From Octopus sinensis (taxonomy: Eukaryota), in contig NC_043005.1 of assembly GCF_006345805.1 (NCBI RefSeq), positions 18,414,001 through 18,478,000 on the forward strand: a stretch of 64,000 nt of DNA. Reading direction: 5' to 3'. A program made the translations under genes and the position numbers. The notes under the pieces are model-generated. The model saw only the letters and a list, made by a program, of their open reading frames with translations, did no database searches and was not told the origin of the DNA. Each line of letters starts with the position of its first letter. Within the stretch, counting starts at the first letter, position 1. Of this stretch, positions 41,072 to 54,626 are shown one piece after another.

Positions 41072-41310
41072 TATGTCACTGCCTGGAATCGAACTCGGAA
41101 TCTTCTGGTTAGTAGCCCGCGCTCTTGACCACTACGCCATATACCCGTGGGAATGAGAACCCAGGTTCGAAATGTCCCCAAGACACCTGATGAAGGCTGG
41201 GGGGGAGCTATATCAGCCGTAACTTTATATTAATAACAAAACAAGGTGAGTACAAATATCCGTCAAATGTAAATAATATAAATAACGTACATAATTCCTC
41301 ACCTCTTAAA
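40900..41310. mobile_element. Inverted pair of Penelope-like terminal repeats around a tRNA-like head and (TTA)n
   Basis: GAGAACCCAGGTTCGAAAT.TCCCCAAGAC.CCTGATGAAG...ACAAATATCCGT.AAATGTAAA occurs on minus (40905-41030) and plus (41150-41290). tRNA-like segment at 41075-41151 (minus) has A box TGGCGTAGTGG and B box GAGTTCGATTCC. Confidence 0.65.
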
Positions 41311-41704
41311 TATAGAACGGAATTCCCAAATGATGTTGGACACTTACAATGGATTAAGTACGCATGCAAGTCTTGAAATTGGTATTATAGTAACATAGTA
41401 GTGGAAGGAGAGTTCTTTGATATTGTTACAAATGTTTATTCAACTAGTAGCAGAATAAGCATTTCACTCTATAAAAGTTTTCTTATAACGCATGAAATTT
41501 AGCTAAGTATTTAACTACAATCACTCTATTTATTTATCTGTCTGTGTGTCTGTATGACTATTTATCTATATATTCCTATCTCTCTACACTCTCCTCTTGA
41601 CTCCGTCTTTCTGACCCCACTCTCTTTCTCTCTTTATATATATTTGTATATATATAATATATATATATATATATAATATATATATATATTTGTATATATA
41701 TAAT

Positions 41705-41763
<59 letters not shown>

Positions 41764-42037
41764 TATATATATACGGTATCAATGTGTATGAATGTATGTA
41801 TGTGAGTGTGATAGAGGGAGAGAGAGATGAATATACAGAGAGAGAGAGAGGGGGGAGCGAGAAATATGAGTAATATATTCAATACGATATTTCTACTCTA
41901 TTCTATTGTGAAATATATATTCAATATTCATAACATTATAAATCAGATGTAACTTAAAGTGCAAAGTTTATAAATATAATGAACACAAGATCATAATTCA
42001 ATCTTTAAAGATGACATCAATATATATATATACATAT

Positions 42038-42100
<63 letters not shown>

Positions 42101-42326
42101 ATATATATATATGGTCTCTGGTTGAACATCTCATTATTCAAAATTTCCCAATTCATGTTATCTTTAAAGAATATAGAACAGAAAATTTATTCTTCTGTCG
42201 TCAAGAAAATGGGCCACCGTGGAGCGTGTGGATAATGCATAAGGGAAAAATCTATTTTATTACACATAATGACTATATATATATATATAATAGCTACATA
42301 TAATGACTATATATATGTACATATGT

Positions 42327-42590
42327 GAAGGCGCGTGACTTAGTGGTTAGGGCATTCGACTCACGAACGTAAGGTCCTGAGTTCAATTCCCGGCGACGCG
42401 TTCTGTCCTTGAGTTTGACACGTTCTTTCACGTTGCTCCAGTCCGCTCAGCTGGCAAAAATGAGTAATACCTATGTTTCAAAAGGCCAGCCTTGTCGCCC
42501 TGTGTGTCACGCTGAATAACCTTGAGAACTACGTTAAGGGCACACATGTATGTGGAGTGCTCAGATACTTGCATGTGGTTTACTCTTCAC
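42327..42590 (+). mobile_element. Family B SINE, 3'-degraded
   Basis: Same head and body as 7087-7411. Confidence 0.85.
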
Positions 42591-42739
42591 TTGTGCATGC
42601 TTGTGTGTGTGCTTGTCTGTCCGTATTACCCATGTACCTATCTGTTCATTTGTTTTCTTACATATCCATTTAACTATAATTATATACACGCATATATATA
42701 TGTATGTATGTATATATATATATACATATGCATATATAT

Positions 42740-42800
<61 letters not shown>

Positions 42801-43706
42801 TAATTATATATATATATAAAAAAAATTTTAAGCGATTATCTCCCTTACACCGGAAGAAATCACTCACTACCTCCCCTTATTTAGAAATCTCCTGAAAATA
42901 AATACAACGATAACTCCATGCAATATAACATAACGTCACAAGAAATTTGAAAAGCTACACGCGAAACCGGTAATTTCTTTAAAAATTTTAAAATTATGTC
43001 ATTTTAAGGAAAGGAAAAAATTTTTCCAATATTCTCCAGACATTTTGACACAAATATATATATTTTTTAACATTTAAGCCTTCTGTCGTTTTTTCACACT
43101 TTACTATTTTCTTATATATATGTATATATATACATATATATACTTCTACATAGTCTATTGGCAACTCTACATGCGTATATATGAAGTGTGGGTATTGGGG
43201 TATGACTACCACCTGCACGTAATTCCTATTTCGTAAAAGGGATGTTTCATTGATGATGACGTACTCCTGTATTTGTCTAAGTGTTGGGCCCTTCGGGTGC
43301 TTGGATAAAATGCTGATGTCAAGTTGACACAGTGTGTCTCCATGTTGGTCTTTGTCATGTTGTTAGAGTATGGAGGAAAGAGGTCTGCTCTTTGACGTCA
43401 TATACAAATACAAAACGAAATATATGTATATGTGTATGTACATACGTGTATTTACGAATATATGTAAGGGTGCGTCCGTGTGAGTGTGTGATTAGAATTT
43501 ACAGTCAATACAAACAGGAATTCTTGGTGCAAATGATTTAGATTTTCTAGCGTTAATTATTTACACCAAGCAGACTTCGAAATATAACCCCAGGGAATTA
43601 TTTTAAATTAGTATCTCTTACTAATCTTTCTTTATTGTTCAAAACATTTTCTGTTTTGAATATCTCGTACACACACACGCATATCCACTACCCGCATATA
43701 TATATA

Positions 43707-44104
43707 CTAGCAGTATCGCCCGGCGCTGCTCGGGTTTGTAAGGGAAATAACTATATAAGCATTTTTAGAGAGTTATAGCCAAAAAATAGCAAAACAAAAT
43801 GCATTAAAAATGGGAAAAAAATGATGGCCAATTTTTTAAAAAATCGTTGACTCATCGTAGACATTTTTAGAGAGTTACTTCCCTTATATAATAGCGAAAC
43901 AAATGCATTAAAATGGAAAAAATGATGGTAATTTTTTTAAAATCGTAGACTCATCGTAGACGCGCGCTAATACCCAGAAGGGCTCGATATGAATCACGAC
44001 TATAAGATGCCCGGTTTTGGTTAAACTGCACCGCAAAATGTGGGAGTAGTTAGGAATCTAAATCGTAGGAGACAGACACACAACCTCTCTTTTATATATA
44101 AAGA
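43707..44104 (-). mobile_element. Non-autonomous Helitron
   Basis: A|TC ... CCCGAGCAGCGCCGGG hairpin ... CTAG|T; its 3' ~110 bp are shared with 25024-25409. Confidence 0.75.
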
Positions 44105-44469
44105 TATACTACGCAAACACGCGCGCTCATGGAAATTGTGGTTGATAAAAGAAAATGTTCTTCTATGTGTGCGCGTGTGAATGACTATACACACACACAT
44201 ATATATCTATCTACATATATTTTTTCAAATTAAAGTTGAGAAATCAGATAGACTCCACAGTTCAAAAGAATTACAATATAAACCGAGCCAAAAGGAGTAT
44301 TATAATATATTTAATGCATCTGTCGTTAAAATGTTCAATATCGAAATAATACCAAAAATTTCAAAATTACAGATGCACCAAAAAAATTAAAATTATAATA
44401 GACATATATGTACGGCAAATTATGCGGATCTATAAAAATATATGACAAATATATAAACATATTGAAAAA

Positions 44470-44910
44470 TAATAAGGTTTAGATTAAAAACGGTGGTATC
44501 GTAAATAAAATAAATAAGATATCCAGGGTATAGTATAAAAAGTATATAGCTCATCGTTTAAACGTTGGCTTTTCGTTGTTTTTCATGGTAAATATCAAAT
44601 GAATTATCCTATGGCCATTTCTGGGGAACAGTAATCATTGTAAATATTAAATGTTCATATCCAAAATTTTAGATAACTGTCTCCGTCATCAAGGAGTGTT
44701 AGAAGATGATGGAGACAGTTATCTAAAATTTTGGATTACTGTTCCTCAGAAATGGCCATAGGAGAATACGTTTCATATTTACTCTGAAAAAAAAGAAACC
44801 AAAGTTTAAACTATGAATTATTTATTATGCCCTGGACATCTTATTTACCTTATACATTGTAACCTGGACATATAATGTTTCTTAGTACCGTTTTTAACCT
44901 AAACCTTAAA
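44470..44910. repeat. Imperfect fold-back (inverted repeat) centred near 44697
   Basis: ATCCAAAATTTTAGATAACTGTCTCCGTCATC / GATGATGGAGACAGTTATCTAAAATTTTGGAT, plus outer arms CCTATGGCCATTTCTG / CAGAAATGGCCATAGG. Confidence 0.9.
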
Positions 44911-45217
44911 AGCAAGCACGGATATATCTTTTAATATGTCTATATATTTCGAAATAATTGTAGCGATTTAAAACTAATGTGCAACCGTAAGCCTTCTTGT
45001 TCACTCGAATTTCTTCGATGATATATATCTTCAATTATTTGTTTTTAATAACAAAGAGTTATTAAATATCCAATCTCCATTTTCTTCCCTCAACTGAATA
45101 TATATATATATATATATATATACAAAGAGAGAGAGAGAGAAAGATAATATATTTATATAATGATTGAAATATCTTTCTCTCGACATTTTTAAAATATCTA
45201 TATGTGTATAATATAAT

Positions 45218-45300
<83 letters not shown>

Positions 45301-45306
<6 letters not shown>

Positions 45307-45460
45307 TATATTCATTTAAAAGAAGAAATCGGATATTGGGAAGTTAATAATTGTTTGTTATTAACGACAAAGAAGTGAAGAAGGCCAATTTGTTGTTAAT
45401 AATAAACAATTATTAACTTCCAATCTCCATTTTCTTCTTTTATATGAATATAAACTATAT
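45301..45460. repeat. Inverted repeat with ~70-bp arms
   Basis: ATATAGTTTATATTCAT...TTAACGACAAA / TTTGTTGTTAA...ATGAATATAAACTATAT. A third arm copy lies at about 45037-45100. Confidence 0.85.
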
Positions 45461-45622
45461 GTTTTTATATACATTTTAAGGATATTCATTCCCACAAAAT
45501 ACTAGGTATAGAACCAGCATTTCCTTGGATGAAATCATCCCGTCAAGAGGATAACATTACATCCTAATGAAATATAATAATATTTGATATATATATATAT
45601 ATATATGAAAACACATATATAT

Positions 45623-46620
<998 letters not shown>

Positions 46621-46636
46621 GTTTGGGTTATCTCTG

Positions 46637-46672
<36 letters not shown>

Positions 46673-46675
<3 letters not shown>

Positions 46676-47231
46676 CAATGATAAATCTCAGAGCGAGTTA
46701 TAAACAGTAGCGGTAACACATCGTGACGCATATTTGCCATTTGAATATGGCTGCTACTGTAGTTTGTAGCCCCAGGAAGATACCTCCTCCAGCTGGCTAT
46801 AGACACACTTTCTGTGCCCTATCAGCATTTGTGAAGGGAAGTCATCCTTCCCGTCTTCAACTTATGATACACACTTATGCGTCACGATGTGTTACCGCTA
46901 CTGTTTATAACTCGCTCTGAGATTTATCATTGTTTGATTTCACTTTTTCAATATCAGTGTCAATCGACACTGGAAAAAGTATATGTATTTGTGAGGGAAA
47001 CTGAATTCTCGTCGACAACTATGACTGTCACACGCCGATGATAGGTCAATACCTTGAAACTCGAGTCCGAGTGTATCATAAGTTGAAGACGGGAAGGATG
47101 ACTTCCCTTCACAATTACTGATAGGGCACAGAAAGTGTGTCTATAGCCAGCTGGAGGAGGTATCTTCCTGGGGCTACAAACTACAGTAGCATCTACCTTT
47201 AGGGGTTAGCCATATTCAAATGACAAATATG
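46673..47231. repeat. A-B-A'-C-B' nested inversion, probably Penelope-like
   Basis: A (46673-46730) is inverted at 46876-46935; B (46731-46872) is inverted at 47067-47228; segment C carries a hammerhead motif. Confidence 0.9.
47029..47073 (+). ncRNA. Minimal type-I hammerhead ribozyme-like motif (core U4C variant)
   Basis: CACACG-CCGATGA-T-AGGT(CAAT)ACCT-T-GAAAC-TCGA-GTC-CGAGTG. Stem I pairs 5/6, stem II 4 bp, palindromic stem III (ACTCGAGT), GUC cleavage triplet. Confidence 0.6.
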
Positions 47232-47233
47232 CG

Positions 47234-47283
<50 letters not shown>

Positions 47284-47357
47284 CACATATATGCATATAC
47301 ATATATATATATATACATACATGTAAATATAAATTCACACACACATACACACACACA

Positions 47358-47429
<72 letters not shown>

Positions 47430-48307
47430 CTTGTACATGTATGCGCGCCTTTTTGAAAACATAATAAACACAATATGATGTTCATGTCATTTTCCTCTCT
47501 GCGCACGTTTCACTGTTGTGGCTATTTGCAACTTCTGCAGTGATTGTTCATCGTGCATTTCAATGCAAATCATCAACGGTTCCTCCGTGCAAAGCTTTAT
47601 TCCATGATCTTAACACAAAACATATACACCGCCACACACACACACATACACAAACATACATGCATCCTCATATGTATGTATTCATTAAATAAATTCAACT
47701 AAGTTCATGTTGCTATATTTCTGAGAAATCTTGTCATATTTTCTCATTACTCCCCTATGTTTATTTTCTACAATAACTTTCCTATATCCATTAACCTTTC
47801 AAAAACTTATGGTCCTCAATGAAACGAGAGCACTTAGGTGTCGTTACTATGTCGTATGCCATTACTTTCGTTTTATTCAGATTATGGACACGAGATCTAC
47901 AAGGGTTAATGGATTTAGAATCGTTATTTCTCCAAACTAAACATAAAATACTAAAGAAAAAATATGAAATCTCTTTAATAATAATTACTGCACAATGTTA
48001 CGTTTAAAGCAGAGACATTTTCTAGTGTATATGGACACGTGCATATAAACATAGATACACGTACACACGCACACACACACACATACACACACTTATATAC
48101 GTACACACAGATGCACACATACATATAGCAACATTCATATTACAACGGAATGGCTTTGCCTTGGGTGACCTTCAGTCTAAACAGCTGTAGTTTAATTGAT
48201 TAATTATTATATAAAATTGATTAATAGATAAATCTTTATCTTTGCACCCTAGGTCTCTCAGAGAGCGCGAGAAAGAAAGACAGAGTGTGTGTGTGTGTGT
48301 GTGTGTG

Positions 48308-48342
<35 letters not shown>

Positions 48343-48348
48343 TGTGTT

Positions 48349-48379
<31 letters not shown>

Positions 48380-48661
48380 CATTGTGTGTATGTGTGTTAA
48401 TTACCGAACTGAAATGTATCTCTTCAGTTATATAGTTATACTGCAATTAATGTATATATATATATAGATATACCATATGTATATAATGTGTTGTATATAC
48501 ATATATATGGGGGTGGGGGTCTGTGCCTGTGTTTAACCCCACTTGACAAATTATGTAGGTGTATTTACGTATCCGTAACTTAGTGATTTGGCAAAAGATA
48601 CCGATAGCATAAGGTCAAGGCTTAAAAAGAGTATAGGTACTGGTGAGGTCGATTAGTATTA

Positions 48662-49935
48662 CGAGGGATGTTCAATAATTAATGCCCCTGACCCACTTGC
48701 CCTTGTTTGATCTAGCTGAAACTTTGCATGTGCAATTACTTATATCTCTATAGATTAAGTAGCAAATTATAGCTCTTGTGGTTTTTGATTTACAAGTGTT
48801 TGAACTGAGTCAAGTGTGAAATGGAGCCTGTTGAGTGTCGAGCAGAGATCCGGTTTTTGTATTTGAAAGGAGGCACACCACGGGAGACTTTTGATGAAAT
48901 GAAAGTAAATCATGGTGATGATGCCCCATCATATGACCTGGTAAAACGCTGGCATCATGAATTCAAACATGGTCGGAACTCTGTGGAAACAGCTCCCAGA
49001 TCTGGTCGACCCCCTTCTGCCATTGATGAGGCATCTGTCCGTCAAGTTGAGGCTGCCATTTTGGAAGATCGACGCATAACTATTCGCCAAATAGCCCATG
49101 AGGTCAAGATTAGTATCAGGTCTGTGGAAACTATCATTCATGACCATTTGCATATGCAAAAGGTGTCTGCCAGATGGATTCCCAGGTTGCTCAAACCTTT
49201 CCAGAAGTAAGATCGCGTCGAGTGCTCGAGGATGAATTTGGAGATGTGCCAAGAAGATGAGTCAAATTTTTTCAAAAGACTGATTACGCAGGATGAAACC
49301 TGGGTCCATCACTATGATCCAGAGACCAAAGCCCAGTCAATGCAGTGGAAGCACCGTGACTCACCTCCTTCAAAGAAGCCCTCCGCTGGCAAGGTCATGC
49401 TCACAGTCTTCTGGGACCAGGACGTTGTAGTGATGACAGATTTCCTGGCAAAGGGTACCACAATTACAGGAGCCTATTATGCTTCACTTTTGAGGAAATT
49501 AAGAGAAGCTATCAAAATCAAGAGGCGGGGCAAGATCAGCAAAGGCATCCTCCTCCTGCAGGACAACGCTCCGGTCCACAACTCGCGTGTCGCCAGATCA
49601 GAAGCACATGCGTGCGGCTATGAACTCCTCCCCTATCCTCCCTACTCTCCTGACCTTGCACCCTCTGATTTTCACCTTTTCCCAGCCATGAAGTTGTTTT
49701 TGAAAGGAAAGCGTTTCCCAGATGATGCAGCCTTGATTTCTGAAGTCACGTCGTGGTTGGAAGACCAAGCTGGGGTCTTCTACAAAAACGGTCTCCAGAG
49801 CTCCATCATACGATGGGAGAAATGCGTAACTCTCGGTGGTTCCTATGTCGAAAAAGACTAATAACTGTGTCAAGTTTCGTTGCTCTACTGCTATGGAAAG
49901 TGGGTCAGGGGCATTACTTATTTGAATGCCCCAGG
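48662..49935 (+). mobile_element. Full-length mariner (DD34D) transposon, copy 1
   Basis: ~37-bp TIRs (CGAGGGATGTTCAATAATTAATGCCCCTGACCCACTT) and TA flanks. Inserted just after a diverged family C fragment. Confidence 0.95.
48821..49861 (+). pseudogene. Mariner transposase, interrupted
   Basis: WIPRLL, ITQDETW, LLQDNAPVH, YSPDLAPSD; D-34-D spacing counted. In-frame TAA at 49208-49210 and a short in-frame deletion (KKPSAGK vs KKARVQPSAGK in copy 2). Confidence 0.93.
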
Positions 49936-49938
49936 TAT

Positions 49939-49974
<36 letters not shown>

Positions 49975-50232
49975 GAAGGTGCATGGATCAGTGGTTAAGG
50001 TGTTGCACTCACAATTGCGAGATCGTGCGTTCGATTCCCAAACCGGGAATTTCGTTGTGCTCTTGAGCAAATTAGTTCATTTTTCGTTGCTGTGCGCTTA
50101 TTTTATCTGACATGTGCCATCCGTTGTACCTGTACAGGTAATGTCGATCAGATGGAGGGAATGAGCTTATCTGCACACAAACATTCGATCACTATAAACA
50201 AATAATCTGTGTGGTTGTTCGGTAAGAAATTT
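49975..50232 (+). mobile_element. Old tRNA-derived SINE, family B-like head with a different tail
   Basis: GAAGGTGCATGGATCAGTGGTTAAGG, GTTCGATTCCC, TGTGCTCTTGAGCAA. Confidence 0.65.
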
Positions 50233-50460
50233 AATTCTGTATTAGCCATTAGAGCCGACACAGAGGGACAATGCAGGATATACACGAACAATTAGGGGTC
50301 TACAACAGCGTTGAATGGGCGGATGGAAGAACAATTAATAAAATAAATATTAAACATGGCACAATGATGAGAAAACAAGATGAAATGTTGGGTATGGAGA
50401 CCCCACAAGATATGACCCAGTACTGCTCTCACACAGGAGACTTACGGTATTACGTTCAAG

Positions 50461-50706
50461 GCGGCGAGCTGGCAAAGGCGACGAGCTGGCAGAAACGTTA
50501 GCACGCCGGGCGAAATGCTTAGCGGTATTTCGTCTGCGTTACGTTGTGAGTTCAAATTCCGCCGAGGTCGACTTTGCCTTTCATCCTTTCGGGGTCGATA
50601 AATTAAGTACCAGTTACGCACTGGGGTCGATGTAATCGACTTAATACCTATGTCTGTCCTTGTTTGTCCCCTCTGTGTTTAGCCCCTTGTGGGTAATAAA
50701 GAAATA
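50461..50706 (+). mobile_element. Young family A SINE monomer with a duplicated 5' end
   Basis: Perfect 15-bp TSD GGTATTACGTTCAAG (50446-50460 and 50707-50721); head begins GCGGCGAGCTGGCA-AAGGCGACGAGCTGGCA. Confidence 0.93.
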
Positions 50707-50721
50707 GGTATTACGTTCAAG

Positions 50722-52250
50722 TTTCTCGCATTCATGCTCAACGATCGTGCCATTTGCATCCATGTAGTCCTGAACACACGCGCCGGTAACATCATTCTGG
50801 TAACTTCTTTCCGGTAAATGTGTTTAGTAAAATTTAATTATGTTCCAATGTCATTAGAATATTGTTCTTTTAGTTCCGTATATGAAGGACAGTCACGTTT
50901 TATTAATTGGATGTGTTCAGGAATTCGTAAATGTGAGGAGGGCGTGTTGAAATGTGATATGCGAGGAATTTCGCTTATGTGTTCTATTAATTGTGTCTTT
51001 GTATTGATTGCGCCGATGTTGATGACAGATTCTGGAGTATGAGGTTCAGGTGTTTGTGTAGGGAGCTTGTATTGTGGTGTGTGTCTGTGGGGCGGTGGGG
51101 TATTGGAGAAAGCTTATTCTTTTCCTTCTATTTCGTTAGCCATCTCTTTCCGTTCCTGTTCTGTTGTGGGATTGTCTTAATTTTTTGTGCTGATTGGTGT
51201 GGGATTTTGTTTGTTGGTGTTATCCTTTCTACTCTTACTCTTTTTGGTGTCCGGGGCGGGGATTGTTGGTGGTATTTGGTTTGTGTTGGTGTTGCGTGGA
51301 GGCACGTCTGGTGGAGGGTGGCCCTTTCCTGGGGTATCCGATTGGCAAGAGCTTCTAATGAAGCCCTTTGACCACCTTTGTAACATCTGAACCTTCGACC
51401 CCCCACCATAACGCCGCGGGCTGTACCATCTGTTACATTTATTAAATCTGGTATAATCTCGAGATCCTGCCGTGTGGTCTGTATGATGATTTCGAGGCCT
51501 TGGCCTCAGCAGTTTGTTTGGTGTAGTTTAGTGACCTGCAGTATGGAAACTTTACTTTCCAAATCGTGCAGAACAGCGACAACGAGTCACATTACGTCAG
51601 CTTTTGATGGGAACTCCCCAGTTTTTATTTTAGACGTGCGTTTACCCATAAAAGTGGACAGTAGCGCCAGTTCATTGGTTTTCAAAGGCACTGTGGTGTG
51701 TTCCTTTGCTTCTTCTTCCTCTGAAGCGAACCCCACCTCCTCAGTACCGTATCTTTTTCCTCTTGCTACGTATTTGGTGTTGCCCCATATGGGCTGCAGG
51801 CACTTTTCTATTGTTTCCTTTGTCATATGTTCGACTTTTTTCCGTTTTTAGTGAGGGAGTTTTAAATATTGTTTTTCTAGCTTTTTGCTGAATTATGTCA
51901 CTGGGTGGGGTTATGTTTATATTGTTCCCTTCAGGCTTTGCAAAGCTTTTATATTTTTTTAGGTCTGTCTGGTTAATCTTAAGGTGTTCCTGGTTTATAT
52001 TTGCAACCGACATGAAACCCCATCAGTTTGGTTTGCATACTTCATTTTCTTTGTCAATTAATTCTTTTTCATTGTTGCACGTTGGGGTGCCCTTTGTAGA
52101 ATTTGTTGTATATTTCCCGTTTAATTTTTCTGGGTTCGCCTCATCATGTTCGTGACAGAGAAGTGCTGGGATCAATTCTTGGTACATCTCATTGAAACTG
52201 TTGATACTAGGGCTCTTGTCTGTGTTTTGACAGGAAGACATAATTTTAAA
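50722..52250 (-). pseudogene. Tx1/L1-type LINE ORF1 (gag-like) remnant
   Basis: RGKRYGT.EV.FASEEEAKEHTT.PL...LALL.TFMGKRT; degenerate zinc knuckle reconstructed across a frameshift as CYK(G)GQ.GFIRSSC. Confidence 0.72.
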
Positions 52251-52322
52251 AATGTGTAAATAAATTACACAAGAAGTTGCAAAAAGATACGAATATGTCG
52301 TCTGACGATGGGCGAGTCCTTC

Positions 52323-52353
<31 letters not shown>

Positions 52354-52925
52354 CAGAATACACACAGAAGACATGATGAATATACATGCATATTTATACA
52401 TAATAAAAAAAATATCATCTGTAATGGTGCGATACCCGATGAATAATGACCGTATCTACGTATTCTGTGTGATTTTCTGTGTCGTCATGCCGTATACTTG
52501 TTTTTACTTTTATTATTTACACCATACAACACTCCATTTTGTTACCCCTTTCAGTGACTCTCCATACATGGATTAATATTTGGTGCGACGTCTTATCTGG
52601 CTCTCTCCTTTATTTCTCTCCTTTTGGTCTAATTTTGCATTATCACATTACCTCTTTATTGCTTTTTCTCTCTCTCATTTTCACTTTGTCATCCCTCCAT
52701 CCTTCTTCTCTCTTGTTCTGCGCACCCCTCCTTTAATCCCTTTCTTTCTATTCACAATCGCTTCTATCTCTACCTACCTACCTACCTACTTACCTAACTA
52801 ACTAACTAATTAACTACCTAACTACATGCCTATTTATCTATCTATATATCTATCTATCAATCTCTTTTTTTCTTTTTTTCTTTCCCTTTTTTTCTTTTTT
52901 TCTTTTTTTTTGTTCTTTTTTCATT

Positions 52926-53039
52926 TTTACGATCCCTTTTGATCGAAAACCTACGCCACCTTTTTTTCTCCCCCAAAAGAAAAGCTCTACCTTGTAACTT
53001 GTGCCATCTGTGTGCAGCCCTGTGTGGCCAATAAAGAAA

Positions 53040-53040
<1 letters not shown>
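52926..53040 (+). mobile_element. Tx1-type LINE extreme 3' end running into (TATC)n
   Basis: TTTTACGATCCCTTTTGATCGAAAACCTACGCCAC...GCAGCCCTGTGTGGCCAATAAAGAAA, same family as 13190-14279. Confidence 0.85.
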
Positions 53041-53078
<38 letters not shown>

Positions 53079-53745
53079 GTCTGTCTGTCTGTCTGTCTGT
53101 CTTCTTTCTTAGCTTCAATTTCTTCCTCTCAAACCCTGCCAATTACGTATCGTCCTTCCTTTCTCCTCTGCCTCTTTCTGTCCCTCTCGCTCTCTCTCCA
53201 CACTCCCTCTTTCATTGTATCTGTTATTTCCTAAACTTATCCAATCCTTTCGTTTCAACTTTCCAAACTCATCTTCTTCGTACGATTCTTTCCTCGCCGC
53301 CACTCTCCGTATATCTCTTTACTCTTCATTACCGATTTTCCCTCTTTCACTCTCCTCCCACTTTCGGTACCATGTGACCATCCTGTTTCTCATCTCCCCC
53401 TTTCCCTCCCTGCTTTACAGCTAACTATTGAAACCATGCATCCTTGGTCCCTACTTCAACATTTACTCAGAGCCCCAGATTAGTCATAGATCTCGACTTC
53501 GCGTTTTACCGTTCTATCTATTTCTTTCTATCTGTCCACCCTTCTTTCTATCATTCAATCTCTCTACTTTGTCTTTGAAGGCTTGCAGGACATCCTTTTC
53601 CATTAGCATTACTTCAGCGCATGTCATGTCTTAATGCCATCTCATAGCCGAAAGGCCTTTATTTGTGTGTATTTATTTATATAAATGACCTGTGTCGTTT
53701 TCCATTACTATTATGCCTTGTCTTTATTCTGTCATCGTTTATCGT

Positions 53746-54128
53746 GGAGGGGCAATGGTCCAGTGGTTAGGGCAGCGGACTCGCGGTCATAGAATCGCGG
53801 TTTCGATTCCCAGACCGGAAGTTGTGAGTGTTTATTGAGCGAAAACACCTAAAGCTCCACGAGGCTCCGGCAGGAGATGGTAGTGATCCCTGCTGTACTC
53901 TTTCACCACCACTTTCTCTCACTCTTACTTCCTGTTTCTGTTGTACCTGTATTTCAAAGGGCTGGCCTTGTCACTCTCTGTGTCACGCTGAATATCCCCG
54001 AGAACTACGTTAAGGGTACACGTGTCTGTGGAGTGCTCAGCCACTTACACGTTAATTTCACGAGCAGGCTGTTCCGTTGATTCGGATCAACCGGAACCCT
54101 CGTCGTCGTAACCGACGGAGTGCTTCCC
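53746..54128 (+). mobile_element. Family B SINE, long variant, full length
   Basis: Near-identical to 37414-37802; TSD CATCGTTTATC (53733-53743 and 54129-54139). Confidence 0.92.
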
Positions 54129-54142
54129 CATCGTTTATCATT

Positions 54143-54626
54143 TCTTTTACTCTTTTACTTGTTTCAGTCATTTGATAGTGGTCATGCTAGAGCCTCGCCG
54201 ATAGTCGAAGAAGTCGACCCCACGACTTATTCTCTGTAAGCCTAGTATTTATACTATCGGTCTCTTTTCCCGAAACGCTAAGTTACGGGGACGTAGACAC
54301 ACCAGCATCCATTGTCAAGCGATGTTGATGGACAAACACAGACACAGAAACATATACACACATACATACATACATACATACATACATACATACACACATA
54401 CATACATACATACATACATACATACATACATACACATATATATATACACACATATATACATATATACGACGGGCTTCTTTCAGTTTCCGTCTACGAAATC
54501 CACTCACAAGGCTTTGGTTGACCCGAGGCTATAAAAAGACACTTGCCCAAGGTGCCATGCAGAGGGACTGAACCCGGAACCATGTGGTTGGTAAGCAAGC
54601 TACTTACCACACAGCCATTCCTGCGC
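54143..54626 (-). mobile_element. Family C SINE, full length, with an internal (TATG)n
   Basis: Head GGAATGGCTGTGTGGTAAG...GGTTCCGGGTTCAGTCCC; CCTTGGGCAAGTGTC; tail ...GACTGAAACAAGTAAAAGAGTAAAAG. Confidence 0.88.

Noticed and set aside
41075-41151. Possible true tRNA gene; also the SINE heads
   Set aside because: A and B boxes are present but there is no closed acceptor stem, and each runs into repeat bodies or tails.
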